Shown piece by piece: positions 46,563-56,600 of a stretch of DNA of 64,000 bases. Position numbers and translations under genes: made by a program. The first letter of the stretch is position 1. Each line of letters starts with the position of its first letter. Source of the DNA: an uncultured Chloroflexota bacterium (lineage in GTDB: Bacteria > Chloroflexota > Dehalococcoidia > Lucifugimonadales > Lucifugimonadaceae); the NCBI GenBank assembly GCA_913042135.1, contig CAJWJL010000001.1, positions 29,540 to 93,539 on the forward strand, written 5' to 3'. Under the pieces are notes generated by a model. The model was given only the letters and a program-made list of their open reading frames with translations, was not told where the DNA came from and did no database searches.

Positions 46563-46826
46563 ATGATAACGTTTATAACCGATATTCTCACACCTGCTGA
46601 ACCTGACATTCTGAAAGGGTTTGAGCACTATGACTTGGTTTTTGTACCGTTGGATGATGATCTAAGTGCAGACTTCCTTCGGATTTCACCTCCAGAAACT
46701 GGGTGGTCACACGATGAACTCTGTCGCCACTCTGGGAGGCTTGAGTGTGGTGACGCTTACCTCGCTCCTCCGGGTATTCCTCTGAATATCCTATCGGCTC
46801 AATGGGTCGGTAGCTCTGAGGTTTAA
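46563..46826 (+). CDS. Small hypothetical protein
   Basis: MITFIT... 87 aa. Confidence 0.5.
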   Translation: MITFITDILTPAEPDILKGFEHYDLVFVPLDDDLSADFLRISPPETGWSHDELCRHSGRLECGDAYLAPPGIPLNILSAQWVGSSEV

Positions 46827-46894
46827 ATTGCTACTGACCCAGTATGCGTTGAAATTGTGGTGCAATCTCCTTTGACTCCAGCGGCACAATTCTC

Positions 46895-47680
46895 CTATTG
46901 GCTCAGTATCTGCTGTACCGCCTGAAGAAGCTGCTCTGGCGTGCGGTACCCCTTCAGGAGGTAGTCCTGACCTGTCTGGTTATCCAGGATGCGGATAGCC
47001 GGTGTCGCAGTAATACCGGCGCGGCGGCCATCTTCATAATCCTGATTGATCTTGCCCTTATGGTCATCCGAGGCAAGACAGTTACCGATGAGGCTTCCGT
47101 TAAGTCCGAATGATCGAACGTATTCCGGAATATCACCCAGGCCTTTGCCATTTCCTTTTGTGTCCATCATGAACCTTTCCAGGGCGATCCACGCGGTTCG
47201 GTTGTCATAGGCTTCCTTTACGCACTCAATGGCTTGGCTCTCAATAGCCGCGACCGGGTTATGGCTGCCGAGGGGAAAGTGTTTGAATTCCCAGTTAATC
47301 ACGCCTTGCGAGTGTTCTACGACTTGTTTGATGCTCCCGTGCATCTTTCGGCAGTAAGGGCATTCGATGTCTCCATACTCTTGGAGCGTAATTCTCGCGT
47401 TGAGCTCACCATAGATCAGTCGGTTGTCCGGCGTAGATACCTGGGCTAACTGAAACTGTTCTTCCAAGCTGGACAGGAGTTCTTGCGCCTTGCGCTTCTC
47501 CAGTGAGGATAGCCGGTCATCGACCAGTGTGATCACGTCATGTTGAGAGAGGTGCTCTACGGGGGGTTGGTCAGTGCTGGCCTTCAGGTTAATCAGCTCC
47601 GTGTGTAGATAGATGTTGGATGCTATAAGAGCGACTGTTGAGATGCTCAAAACCCCGGTTATTAACTGATTTCCGCGCAT
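46895..47680 (-). CDS. DsbA-family thiol-disulfide oxidoreductase (ICE type)
   Basis: N-terminal TM, YG...AR.TL.EY.D.ECPYC, HFPL..HNP.A, GITATP (cis-Pro). Confidence 0.9.
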   Translation of the reverse strand: MRGNQLITGVLSISTVALIASNIYLHTELINLKASTDQPPVEHLSQHDVITLVDDRLSSLEKRKAQELLSSLEEQFQLAQVSTPDNRLIYGELNARITLQEYGDIECPYCRKMHGSIKQVVEHSQGVINWEFKHFPLGSHNPVAAIESQAIECVKEAYDNRTAWIALERFMMDTKGNGKGLGDIPEYVRSFGLNGSLIGNCLASDDHKGKINQDYEDGRRAGITATPAIRILDNQTGQDYLLKGYRTPEQLLQAVQQILSQ

Positions 47681-47709
47681 AAAATCCTCATTTTTCTAGC
47701 AAATAAGGC

Positions 47710-47751
47710 ACTTTAATCAATCTGGTTGTTGAGATCCGGGTTAATGGGTCA
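47710..47751 (-). promoter_or_regulatory. Half activator box TGACCC + N30 + -10 TAAAGT (DsbA gene promoter)
   Basis: gggtca 47746-51, acttta 47710-15. Confidence 0.55.
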
Positions 47752-47790
47752 GGTATCCTCAACCTATTACCATGAATACTCAAAGTTGTT

Positions 47791-47834
47791 TTACAGTATA
47801 AAAACTTTACAGTAAATAAATTTTGGGGTAGCCT
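47791..47834 (+). promoter_or_regulatory. Defence-island promoter (TTTACA-N17-TAGCCT) overlapped by a probable BrxR operator TTACAGTA-N9-TACAGTAA
   Basis: 25-mer 47791-47815 with two TACAGTA half-sites; -35 at 47806-11, -10 at 47829-34. Confidence 0.65.
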
Positions 47835-47851
47835 GATTATGTGATGGTTTA

Positions 47852-48730
47852 ATGAGGCTACTCATGGCTGATGAAAAGCATGAAGTTCTACTAAGGCTGA
47901 GAGCAATTGAATTGCTGGCATACTGGGAGGGACGATTGGTTACCAATCGGCTCATGTCCTGGTTTGGTATCAGCCGACAACAGGCTTCATCTGATATTAA
48001 GCGTTATATAAGTGTTCACAATCCTGGCTCCCTTTATCACGATCCGGGAGTTAAAGGGTATGTCCCACAAGGGGACTTCCAACCGGTCTTAACGAAGGGT
48101 CATATCAACGAATACCTGGATATGATTTCCGGTCTGGTCAGCGAATCTGTCGCTGTGACTCTCGAATCCGAAGATCATCTTGCTGCTGTCCAACTGCCCG
48201 ATCGCACGGTTCGGCCAGAAATAGTCCGAGAAATATTGCGAGCTTGCCGGACGCAAACCAGCGTAAAAATCCTCTACGCCTCTATGACCAACCCTGTGTG
48301 GAGTGAGCGTGTTATATCTCCGCACACACTGGTTTATACAGGGTTCCGTTGGCATGTTCGTGCGTACTGCCACAAGCGTGGTGAATTCCGTGACTTCATT
48401 CTGTCCAGGATAGACCGGACACCAAAACCTGCTACAGAGTCGTCACCCGATCCAATGCACGACTCATTGTGGAATGAGCAGATCCTGTTAACCATTGTGC
48501 CGAACCCAAAGTTGAACGATGGGCAGAAAGCTCTGGTAGAGAAGGATTTTGGTATGCCCGATGGTCGGTTACAGATTTCGGTGAGAAAAGCACTGGCACA
48601 CTATACCTTGCAGCGTTATCAGGCGGCGATAACCGTTGATGAAGCAGCCGATGAGTTTAAGTTCCCCATCATCCTACTGGATTCAGATCGAAAGAAGCTG
48701 AGTCCTTTTTTGTTTGGCTCAGAGTCTTAG
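47852..48730 (+). CDS. brxR: WYL-domain transcriptional regulator BrxR
   Basis: wHTH (IELLAYWEG...FGISRQQASSDI..Y), WYL core (Y.SM...R.ISPH.L...G.RWHVRAYC...FRDFILSRI); start could be 47864. Confidence 0.9.
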   Translation: MRLLMADEKHEVLLRLRAIELLAYWEGRLVTNRLMSWFGISRQQASSDIKRYISVHNPGSLYHDPGVKGYVPQGDFQPVLTKGHINEYLDMISGLVSESVAVTLESEDHLAAVQLPDRTVRPEIVREILRACRTQTSVKILYASMTNPVWSERVISPHTLVYTGFRWHVRAYCHKRGEFRDFILSRIDRTPKPATESSPDPMHDSLWNEQILLTIVPNPKLNDGQKALVEKDFGMPDGRLQISVRKALAHYTLQRYQAAITVDEAADEFKFPIILLDSDRKKLSPFLFGSES

Positions 48731-48736
48731 GGGAGG

Positions 48737-49354
48737 TTGAGTTTGATAAAGCAGTTCCATTATGACAGCGACATGGCGGGTGGCTCCCTCATGGTGAGAG
48801 AAAGCCGTATCGTTGCTGGTTTGCTAATGGACGGCGTAACACCTGAACAGTGGGATGAAGCAATTCGTGTAGAGAACGTGTTGCAAAAACGCACGCCAGC
48901 GTCAGCAAAGCGAAATGCCACGGCGATTCGCAAACGACTTGAGCGTCTGGAGCCGGAGTTCTGGCGAGCGTTGAGAGATGGTGATGACGAGCTGGCCACA
49001 CAGGTGGCCTTTTGTGGTGCGCTGGAGCGGAATCTTTTGTTGGTGGAGTTTATGGAGACGGTACTTCGTGATGCCTACATGTCGAGAGCTGAGCATCTCG
49101 ATGCGTTTGTTTGGGCGGATTTTCTCGAAGACCGGTCGCATAGAGATCCAGCTATTTGTGACTGGAAGGAATCCACGAAAAAGAAAATGGGGCAGGTGGT
49201 GTTTCGTATGCTTGCCGAGGTTGGGTACCTGAAGAGTACACGAAAGCTTGAACTACAGCATGTTGTGGTAAGGCCTGAAGTCAAAACCATGCTCGAAGAG
49301 CATTACAAACAGAGAATTAAAAAGTGCATGGAAGTGTCGGCATGGACGCGATAA
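48737..49354 (+). CDS. brxA: BREX protein BrxA (DUF1819)
   Basis: GGSLMVRESR, ENVLQKRT..SAKR, W..ST.KK......ML.EVGYL. Confidence 0.9.
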   Translation: MSLIKQFHYDSDMAGGSLMVRESRIVAGLLMDGVTPEQWDEAIRVENVLQKRTPASAKRNATAIRKRLERLEPEFWRALRDGDDELATQVAFCGALERNLLLVEFMETVLRDAYMSRAEHLDAFVWADFLEDRSHRDPAICDWKESTKKKMGQVVFRMLAEVGYLKSTRKLELQHVVVRPEVKTMLEEHYKQRIKKCMEVSAWTR

Positions 49355-49371
49355 GTGCATTGGGAGCAACT

Positions 49372-49947
49372 ATGGATCAACGACTACATGACCGGCTGAA
49401 TCAGATACCAGACAAGATTCTGTCCCCAGAGTTTTTGAGTGGGCAGGGACTGGGAAATGAAATTGGCTTCTGGATATTTGATTACGAGCCTGAGCAAGAA
49501 CTTGGGGTTCGAGAGTATATCGAATTCCTTGAGGTTATGTTGGCCAAGAAGCACAGCCATTTGAAGGTGGTTAACATCAATCTTCTCAAGTGCCTGGTCG
49601 GTTATCTTGCCGATCGCAACTTCGTTGATAAAGCCATAGAGATGCAGAAGATCAAAGGTGATGAGGCCTTGATGAAAGCCTTGAAAGGGCCGCTGCACAT
49701 GGACAAATTCGCGCCTTACCTGACAGAAAAACATTCCGCTACCGAGCAGGACATCATCTTCATTACTGGAGTGGGTTCTGTTTGGCCGTTATTGCGAGCA
49801 CACAACCTGCTAAACAGCCTTCATTCACTGTTGGGGCATAAGCCTGTCGTCCTGTTTTATCCCGGCCAATACAACGGCCAGGCAATGAGCCTGTTCGGGA
49901 GAATACCCAGCAACAATTACTACAGAGCCTTCAGGTTGGTTCCGTAA
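49372..49947 (+). CDS. brxB: BREX protein BrxB (DUF1788)
   Basis: GLGNEIGFWIFDY.P..EL, GVGSVWPLLRAH.LLN.LH, FYPG.Y, NYYRAFRLV. Confidence 0.93.
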   Translation: MDQRLHDRLNQIPDKILSPEFLSGQGLGNEIGFWIFDYEPEQELGVREYIEFLEVMLAKKHSHLKVVNINLLKCLVGYLADRNFVDKAIEMQKIKGDEALMKALKGPLHMDKFAPYLTEKHSATEQDIIFITGVGSVWPLLRAHNLLNSLHSLLGHKPVVLFYPGQYNGQAMSLFGRIPSNNYYRAFRLVP

Positions 49948-49992
49948 GCGATGGCGACCAATTAATAAGAATTTCAGGGGAATCAACACACT

Positions 49993-52900
49993 ATGAACAT
50001 CAAAGAACTCTTTTTTAAGCCACTGGATCGCTCAATTAACGGCGTTGTTAAGGCTGACCAGGATGATGATGCCACTGTTTACCAGGAACTGGATGAATAT
50101 GTGGTGACCAATGAGCTGGAGAAGCATTTTCGGGATTTCTTTCAGTCCTACGGTACCGATCTCAATGACCCCTCCATCGCTAACCGAGTGGGGGTGTGGA
50201 TTTCTGGTTTCTTCGGCTCTGGTAAATCGCACTTCCTGAAGACCTTATCCTATATTCTGGCCAACAAGGTGGCGCGGGATTCAGAAGGTAACGAGCGCAG
50301 TGCAGTTGCGTTTTTTGATGAGCACAAGATCCGAGATGCCTTTATCCGTGCAGATATTGATAAAGCCGTAAGCGGTCATTCCGATGTCATTCTGTTCAAT
50401 ATTGACAGTAAGGCCAGCTCAAACGATGACGGCAACCCTATCCTTAATGTCTTCCTGCGAGTGTTCAATGAGCACCAGGGTTTTAGCGGCGATCACCCGC
50501 ACATCGCGCACATGGAACGCCATTTGGCCCAGAAAGGTGCCTATGAGACCTTCAAGGCTGCTTTTGAAGAATCCAGCGGTCTGTCATGGACTGAAGAACG
50601 TGACGGGTATCAGTTCTACCAGGATGACGTAGAGAAGGCCATTTCCAAGGCGTTGAACCTGTCGCCGGATGCTGCCCATAAATGGTTTGAAGAGTCCGAA
50701 GAGACGTTCAGCGTATCTGTGGAGAATTTCTGTCACTGGGTTAAAGAGTACCTGGACAGTAAAGATCCGAAACACCGGATACTGTTCCTGGTGGATGAAG
50801 TCGGTCAGTTTATTGGCAGTAATACTCGCCTGATGCTGACCTTGCAAACCATCACGGAAAACCTGGGCACCATCTGTAAGGGGCGTGCCTGGATCATAGT
50901 AACCTCTCAGGCCGATATGGACGCGGTACTGGGCGAGCTGTCATCTTCCAAGGCCAACGATTTCTCCAAGATTGCCGGTCGGTTCAAGACCCGGTTGTCG
51001 CTGTCCAGCTCGAATACCGATGAGGTTATCCAGAAGCGTTTGCTGCGCAAAACACCGGAAGCGGCGGATATGCTCAAGTCCGTGTTCGACCAGAAAGGCG
51101 ACATTCTGAAGAACCAAATTACCTTCGATCGCTCCGGGCCTACGCTCAAGAACTTTGATGGTCCAGATAGCTTCGTCAATAACTATCCTTTTGCGCCATA
51201 CCACTTCCAGTTGGTTCAGAAGGTTTTTGAGGAGATCCGTAAAGTCGGGGCCACCGGGGCGCACCTGGCTTACGGTGAGCGGTCTATGCTGGACGCCTTC
51301 CAAATGGCCGCCAGCTCCATCGCCAAGGAAGAGGTGGGAGCCCTCGTGCCTATGCACCGCTTCTATAGTGCCGTTGAGGGCTTTTTGGATACAGCCGTCA
51401 AACGCACCATCGATCAGGCCGGTGAAAATGCCACGCTGGACAGTTTCGATGTTCAGATGCTCCGCACATTGTTCATGATCCGCTATGTAGACCTGATCAA
51501 AGGAACTCTCGATAACCTGGTCACCCTGTCGATTGAGAAAATCGACGATGACAAGCTGGCGCTACGCAAACGTATCGAGGAGAGCCTTCAGCGTCTGGAG
51601 AAGGAAAGCCTGATCACTCGTAATGGTGATGAGTTCCTGTTCCTGACCAACGAAGAGCGGGACATTACTCAGAAGATTAAGGCTACTGACGTTGCCAGCT
51701 CGGAAGAAAACAAAGAACTGAGCAACCTGATTTTCAAAGACCTTCTGCGAGATACCAATAAATACCGGCATCAGCCCAACAAGATGGACTACAGCATTGG
51801 CCGGTACCTGGATGGGCATACCCTGGACGGTAAGTATGAAGCTGACCTGAAAGTGGAAGTGGTGTCACCGCTGGACACTGATTACAGCCAATACTCTGAG
51901 GCTGGCTGCATCAACAAAAGCGCAGAGGGCGAAGGTCAAATCCTTATTAAGCTGGGCGATGATAAGCAGTTCTTCAGTGAACTCCGCACCTGGCTGAAGA
52001 CCAACAAGTTTATTCGTCTGAACGACGATGGTACCCAAGCGGACATTACCCGTATCTTGGCTGATCGTGGTCGGGAGAACCAGGAGCGTAAAAAGCGCCT
52101 GCGTGCCCGGATGGAAGACATGCTGTTGAAAGCGGAGGTCTACGCTCTTGGTCAGCATCTTTCTCTATCTTCATCCAATGCACTTACCAAGCTTGATGAG
52201 GCCTGCCGCTACCTTCTGGAGAATACTTACACCAAGCTGAGCTATATCAAGGTCTACCAGCAAGACCCTTGGCGCGAGCTTAATGCCGTTCTGACCGTCG
52301 ATGATATTGGACAAATGGGCCTGTCATTGGAAGGTGAAGAGGGTAATCCAAAGGCAACCCGCGATGTTGAGCAATACATCGGGCTTAGGGCGACCGGGAC
52401 CGAGCGTATCCTGCTTTCAGACATTGTTGAGCGTTTCGCGAAGCGACCGTATGGCTGGCCAGATGCTGAGATTCTGTTGATTGTTGGCCGTTTGGCTGCG
52501 GCTGGCCGGATCTCGTTCCAGCTTGGGGGTGGAACGCTGCCTGTCAGGGAGGCGCTGGAGCCTCTCCAGAATACACGCCGTCGTCGCGAAGTCTCAATTA
52601 TCAAGAAACGCCAAACGGATGAAGCAGTGCTGAAGCAGGCGCGTAACCTGACTCAAGACCTGTTCTCTTCGATGGGACCGGCCACCGAGAAGGAGTTGTT
52701 TGAGTTTTACACCCAGCACTTCAGCAAGTGGCTGGCCAATCTCAAATCCTACAAAAGCAAAACCGATGTGGGCCGTTTTCCAGGAAAGACAGTGATTGAG
52801 CAGTCAATCCTGACTCTGGAGCGCTTGCTTAGCAACGATGATAGCTTCGATTTCTTCAAGCAGGTCGTGGATAAGAAGGATGATTACCTCGATCTGGAGG

Positions 52901-53652
52901 AGGATTACCGGGACATCCACGAATTCTTCAGTAACCAGATCCACACCTGGCAGCAGCTTCAGCAGGCACTTCGTCACTTTGATAAGAACCGTCAGGCGTT
53001 GGAGAAGGACGCGGAAGCCAGTAAGGCTTTGTCGGAACTGCAATCTATCGAATCAGCAGATGCGCCTTACGGGATGTTGCACAAGGTCGCTTCTCTGGTC
53101 AGCGCAGTAGAAACCGTCAACGAACGTCTGCTAACTGAAAAGCGAACCCATGCCATTGAGCGAGTGGACGACAAAATCAAACAGCTTGAAGGTGAGATCG
53201 CCAAGAGTGGTATTGGCTCACCTGAGCTGAGCAACCGGCTACTTCGTCCACTGCAACTGGTCAAATCAGATTTGGAAACGGAAACCAGTATTGCTGGTAT
53301 CTACATGCTGCAAACCGAAACAGCCACTGAACGCTTTGATGATGGCCTGTATGAGCTTGAGCGAGCGGTTCAGGCAGAGATTGAGCGCCGCGCCAAGGCA
53401 GAACAGGCAGCGAAAGCTCAGCAAACTAACCCAACCGGTGCAGATACGTCCACACCGGTCCCGAATACAAAGCCAGAGCCACCCGTTGCTAAGCCTAAAC
53501 CTGTTGTCGAGGTGAATGTGTCCAGCGTCTACAACAAGACCTGTGAAGGCGTGTACTTGGAAACTGAAGAATCCATCGACCAGTTTGTGGAAGCCCTCAA
53601 AGCTGAGTTGAAGAGCATTGTTCGCAATGAAAAGCGCGTGCGTATTCGCTAA
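49993..53652 (+). CDS. brxC: BREX P-loop ATPase BrxC
   Basis: R.INGVVKADQ, ELDEYVVT, WISGFFGSGKSHFLK, LVDEVGQFI, YPF.PY. Confidence 0.95.
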   Translation: MNIKELFFKPLDRSINGVVKADQDDDATVYQELDEYVVTNELEKHFRDFFQSYGTDLNDPSIANRVGVWISGFFGSGKSHFLKTLSYILANKVARDSEGNERSAVAFFDEHKIRDAFIRADIDKAVSGHSDVILFNIDSKASSNDDGNPILNVFLRVFNEHQGFSGDHPHIAHMERHLAQKGAYETFKAAFEESSGLSWTEERDGYQFYQDDVEKAISKALNLSPDAAHKWFEESEETFSVSVENFCHWVKEYLDSKDPKHRILFLVDEVGQFIGSNTRLMLTLQTITENLGTICKGRAWIIVTSQADMDAVLGELSSSKANDFSKIAGRFKTRLSLSSSNTDEVIQKRLLRKTPEAADMLKSVFDQKGDILKNQITFDRSGPTLKNFDGPDSFVNNYPFAPYHFQLVQKVFEEIRKVGATGAHLAYGERSMLDAFQMAASSIAKEEVGALVPMHRFYSAVEGFLDTAVKRTIDQAGENATLDSFDVQMLRTLFMIRYVDLIKGTLDNLVTLSIEKIDDDKLALRKRIEESLQRLEKESLITRNGDEFLFLTNEERDITQKIKATDVASSEENKELSNLIFKDLLRDTNKYRHQPNKMDYSIGRYLDGHTLDGKYEADLKVEVVSPLDTDYSQYSEAGCINKSAEGEGQILIKLGDDKQFFSELRTWLKTNKFIRLNDDGTQADITRILADRGRENQERKKRLRARMEDMLLKAEVYALGQHLSLSSSNALTKLDEACRYLLENTYTKLSYIKVYQQDPWRELNAVLTVDDIGQMGLSLEGEEGNPKATRDVEQYIGLRATGTERILLSDIVERFAKRPYGWPDAEILLIVGRLAAAGRISFQLGGGTLPVREALEPLQNTRRRREVSIIKKRQTDEAVLKQARNLTQDLFSSMGPATEKELFEFYTQHFSKWLANLKSYKSKTDVGRFPGKTVIEQSILTLERLLSNDDSFDFFKQVVDKKDDYLDLEEDYRDIHEFFSNQIHTWQQLQQALRHFDKNRQALEKDAEASKALSELQSIESADAPYGMLHKVASLVSAVETVNERLLTEKRTHAIERVDDKIKQLEGEIAKSGIGSPELSNRLLRPLQLVKSDLETETSIAGIYMLQTETATERFDDGLYELERAVQAEIERRAKAEQAAKAQQTNPTGADTSTPVPNTKPEPPVAKPKPVVEVNVSSVYNKTCEGVYLETEESIDQFVEALKAELKSIVRNEKRVRIR

Positions 53653-53664
53653 GGAAGTAATCAC

Positions 53665-56600
53665 ATGAACACAAACAACGTAAAAAAATACGCACCTAAA
53701 GCCCGTAAAGCCTTCATTGAGGCCATGAGTAAACAGGCAGCGAAATATGGGATTACCAAAAAGAAAATCGAGCCAGCGGAGCAGAAGGGCGACCTGGTTC
53801 TGATTGGTGATAGACCGTTTCCGGCTTCGGTTATCAAACCTCGTGAACGCTTGGTAAAGCGCATTGAGCAGCAAGGCTTCGACCAGGTAATGGAGCATGT
53901 GGCCTATAGCTGGTTTAACCGTCTATGCGCAATTCGCTACATGGAACGCAAAGGGTTCCTTGACCACGGGCGTCGGGTATTGAGCGCGACTGACGGCAGT
54001 GCCGGTGTGCCCCAAATACTGGAAGAGTGTCTGGATGTCGAGTTGCCCGGCCTGGACCAGGCCAAGGTTAGAGAACTGAAGCTTGATGGCACCAAAGACG
54101 AAGAGCTTTACCGTGAGCTGTTGCTGGCCCAGTGTCATGCCTTGCACCAAGCAATGCCATTTCTGTTTGAGGCGGTAGCAGATGAATCCGAGCTGCTGTT
54201 GCCAGAGAATCTGACCAAGACCGACTCATTGATTCGTGACCTTGTTGCCAGTGTTCCTGATGAAGACTGGGAGCACATTGAGATTATTGGCTGGCTCTAC
54301 CAGTTTTATATTTCCGAGAAGAAGGATCAGGTTATGGGCAAGGTCGTGAAGAGCGAGGATATTCCAGCCGCGACACAGCTTTTCACGCCTAATTGGATTG
54401 TTCAGTACTTGGTTCAGAATTCGGTTGGTCGCCAGTGGCTTCAGACGTATCCCGATTCTCCACTCAAGGAGAAAATGCCGTACTACATCGAACCTGCTGA
54501 GCAAACGTCTGAAGTGCAGGCACAACTTTCGTCATTGATTCCAAAAGAACTCAAGCCGGAAACACTGTCCTGTATTGACCCAGCAGTCGGTAGCGGTCAT
54601 CTGCTAATCGAAGCGTACAAGGTATTCAAAGCCATCTACGAAGAAAGGGGCTATCGAACTCGCGATATTCCGCAGCTTATTCTCGAAAACAATCTTTTTG
54701 GCCTTGATATTGATGACCGTGCCGGACAATTGGCCGGGTTCGCGTTGATGATGCTGGCGAGAGAGGACGATCGACGAATCTTCAGTCGCAATATAAGACT
54801 CAATGTTTTGTCATTACAGGAAAGCTCCAATGTAAATCTGCCTTCTATATGGAGGTCATTGAACTTGACCGGAGAATGGCAGAGTGGCACATCGCAAGGA
54901 CTATTTGAAGAAGAGCAGCAGGACCTGAGTGCTTTTGCAGCAGATAACCGCTACCAGTTGCTTCAGAAAACATTAGAACGATTCAAACAGGCTAAGACCT
55001 TCGGTTCCTTAATTGATGTTCCTAATGAGGACTATCAGAGTCTGAAGAAGCTTTTCACTACCCTTTGCGAATTGGAGGGTGCGGGCGACTCAATGCAAAA
55101 GGCAGCGGCAGCACAATTGATGCCCTATGTTTATCAGGCTGTTTTGTTGGCGCAACGATATGATGCAGTTGTTGCTAATCCCCCATATATGGGGAATAGA
55201 AAAATGAATAAGTTGCTCAAAGATTTTGTGAGCAACAGTTATCCCACATCCAAGACAGATATGTTCTCTGTTTTCATGGAGCGTGCATTTGGACTGTTAA
55301 AAGATAATGGTTATAACTCACAAATTAATATGCAGTCATGGATGTTTCTTTCTAGTTATTCTGGGTTGCGTGACCATCTTATTAATTTACATACAATAGA
55401 AACGATGGCGCATTTTGGCCCTAGAGCTTTCTCTCAAATTTCCGGTGAGGTTGTCCAAACAACAGCGTGGACAATAAGGAAACATCATATAGAGAGTTAT
55501 AAGGCCAAGTACTACCGCCTATTGGAAGGAGGAGAACAGCAGAAGGCCAAAGATTTACTGAGTAGGAAAAATGAATATGTTGTGTCATCCGAGGTATATA
55601 AAAGTATACCTGGAAGCCCGCTCGCTTACTGGGTATCTGATACTGTAAGACGAGCGTTTGATTTATACCCTGCTTTATCAACATTTGCAAAACCAAGGCA
55701 AGGACTAGCTACTTCGGATAATGATAGATTTTTACGTTTATGGCATGAGGTTTCTTTAGGAAACGCATGTCTTGATGCGAAAAGCAGAGACGAAGCAAAA
55801 CTATCTGAAAAAAAATGGTTCCCATGTCAAAAAGGAGGGGGATACAGGCGGTGGTATGGAAATCATGAGTATTTTGTGAATTGGGGTGATGATGGAAGAG
55901 AACTTCTTGATTATGCAGCTAAATTGTATGGCTCTCCAACACGAACAATAAAGAACATTCAGTTCTATTTTCGTGATGGATTAACATGGTCCACACTATC
56001 TTCGGCGGGAATGACAATGAGATATTCGCCGAGCGGATTTATTTCAGAAACAAAAGGAGCTGTTTGTTTCTTTGATAGTGAAAATGAAAAACTAAAGACA
56101 CTGGCCGTTCTTAACTCCAATATCGTAGATCCTCTGATATTAACGATGAGTCCAACATTGGACTTCCATGAGGGGCCTGTTGGTCTAATTCCTATAAACA
56201 GGAATATCGACGAATCTGTGATTTCGTTGTCTGAAGAGTGCGTGGCTATTGCCAAGGATGATTGGGATTCAAAAGAAACATCTTGGGATTTCAAAAGGCA
56301 TCAACTGTCTTCGTATCAGGGGGCGGTCGAGGTTGCAATCAAAGACATTTTGGATCGAGCAAGAGATAAAACAGGTAGAGTAAAAGAGTGTGAGGAAAGG
56401 ATTAATGAGATCGTTATAAATTCATACGGTCTTAATAAAGAAATAAGTCCTTATGTCTCAGCTTCGGCTATTACCTTGGATAATAATATTCACTTTGCCT
56501 ACTCTAGTATTTTAGAGGAAACAGATAAGGTTAAGGCTTACATAAGCGATTTGTTTGCAGAGTTCATTTCCTATTCGATTGGAGTTATGTTTGGACGATA

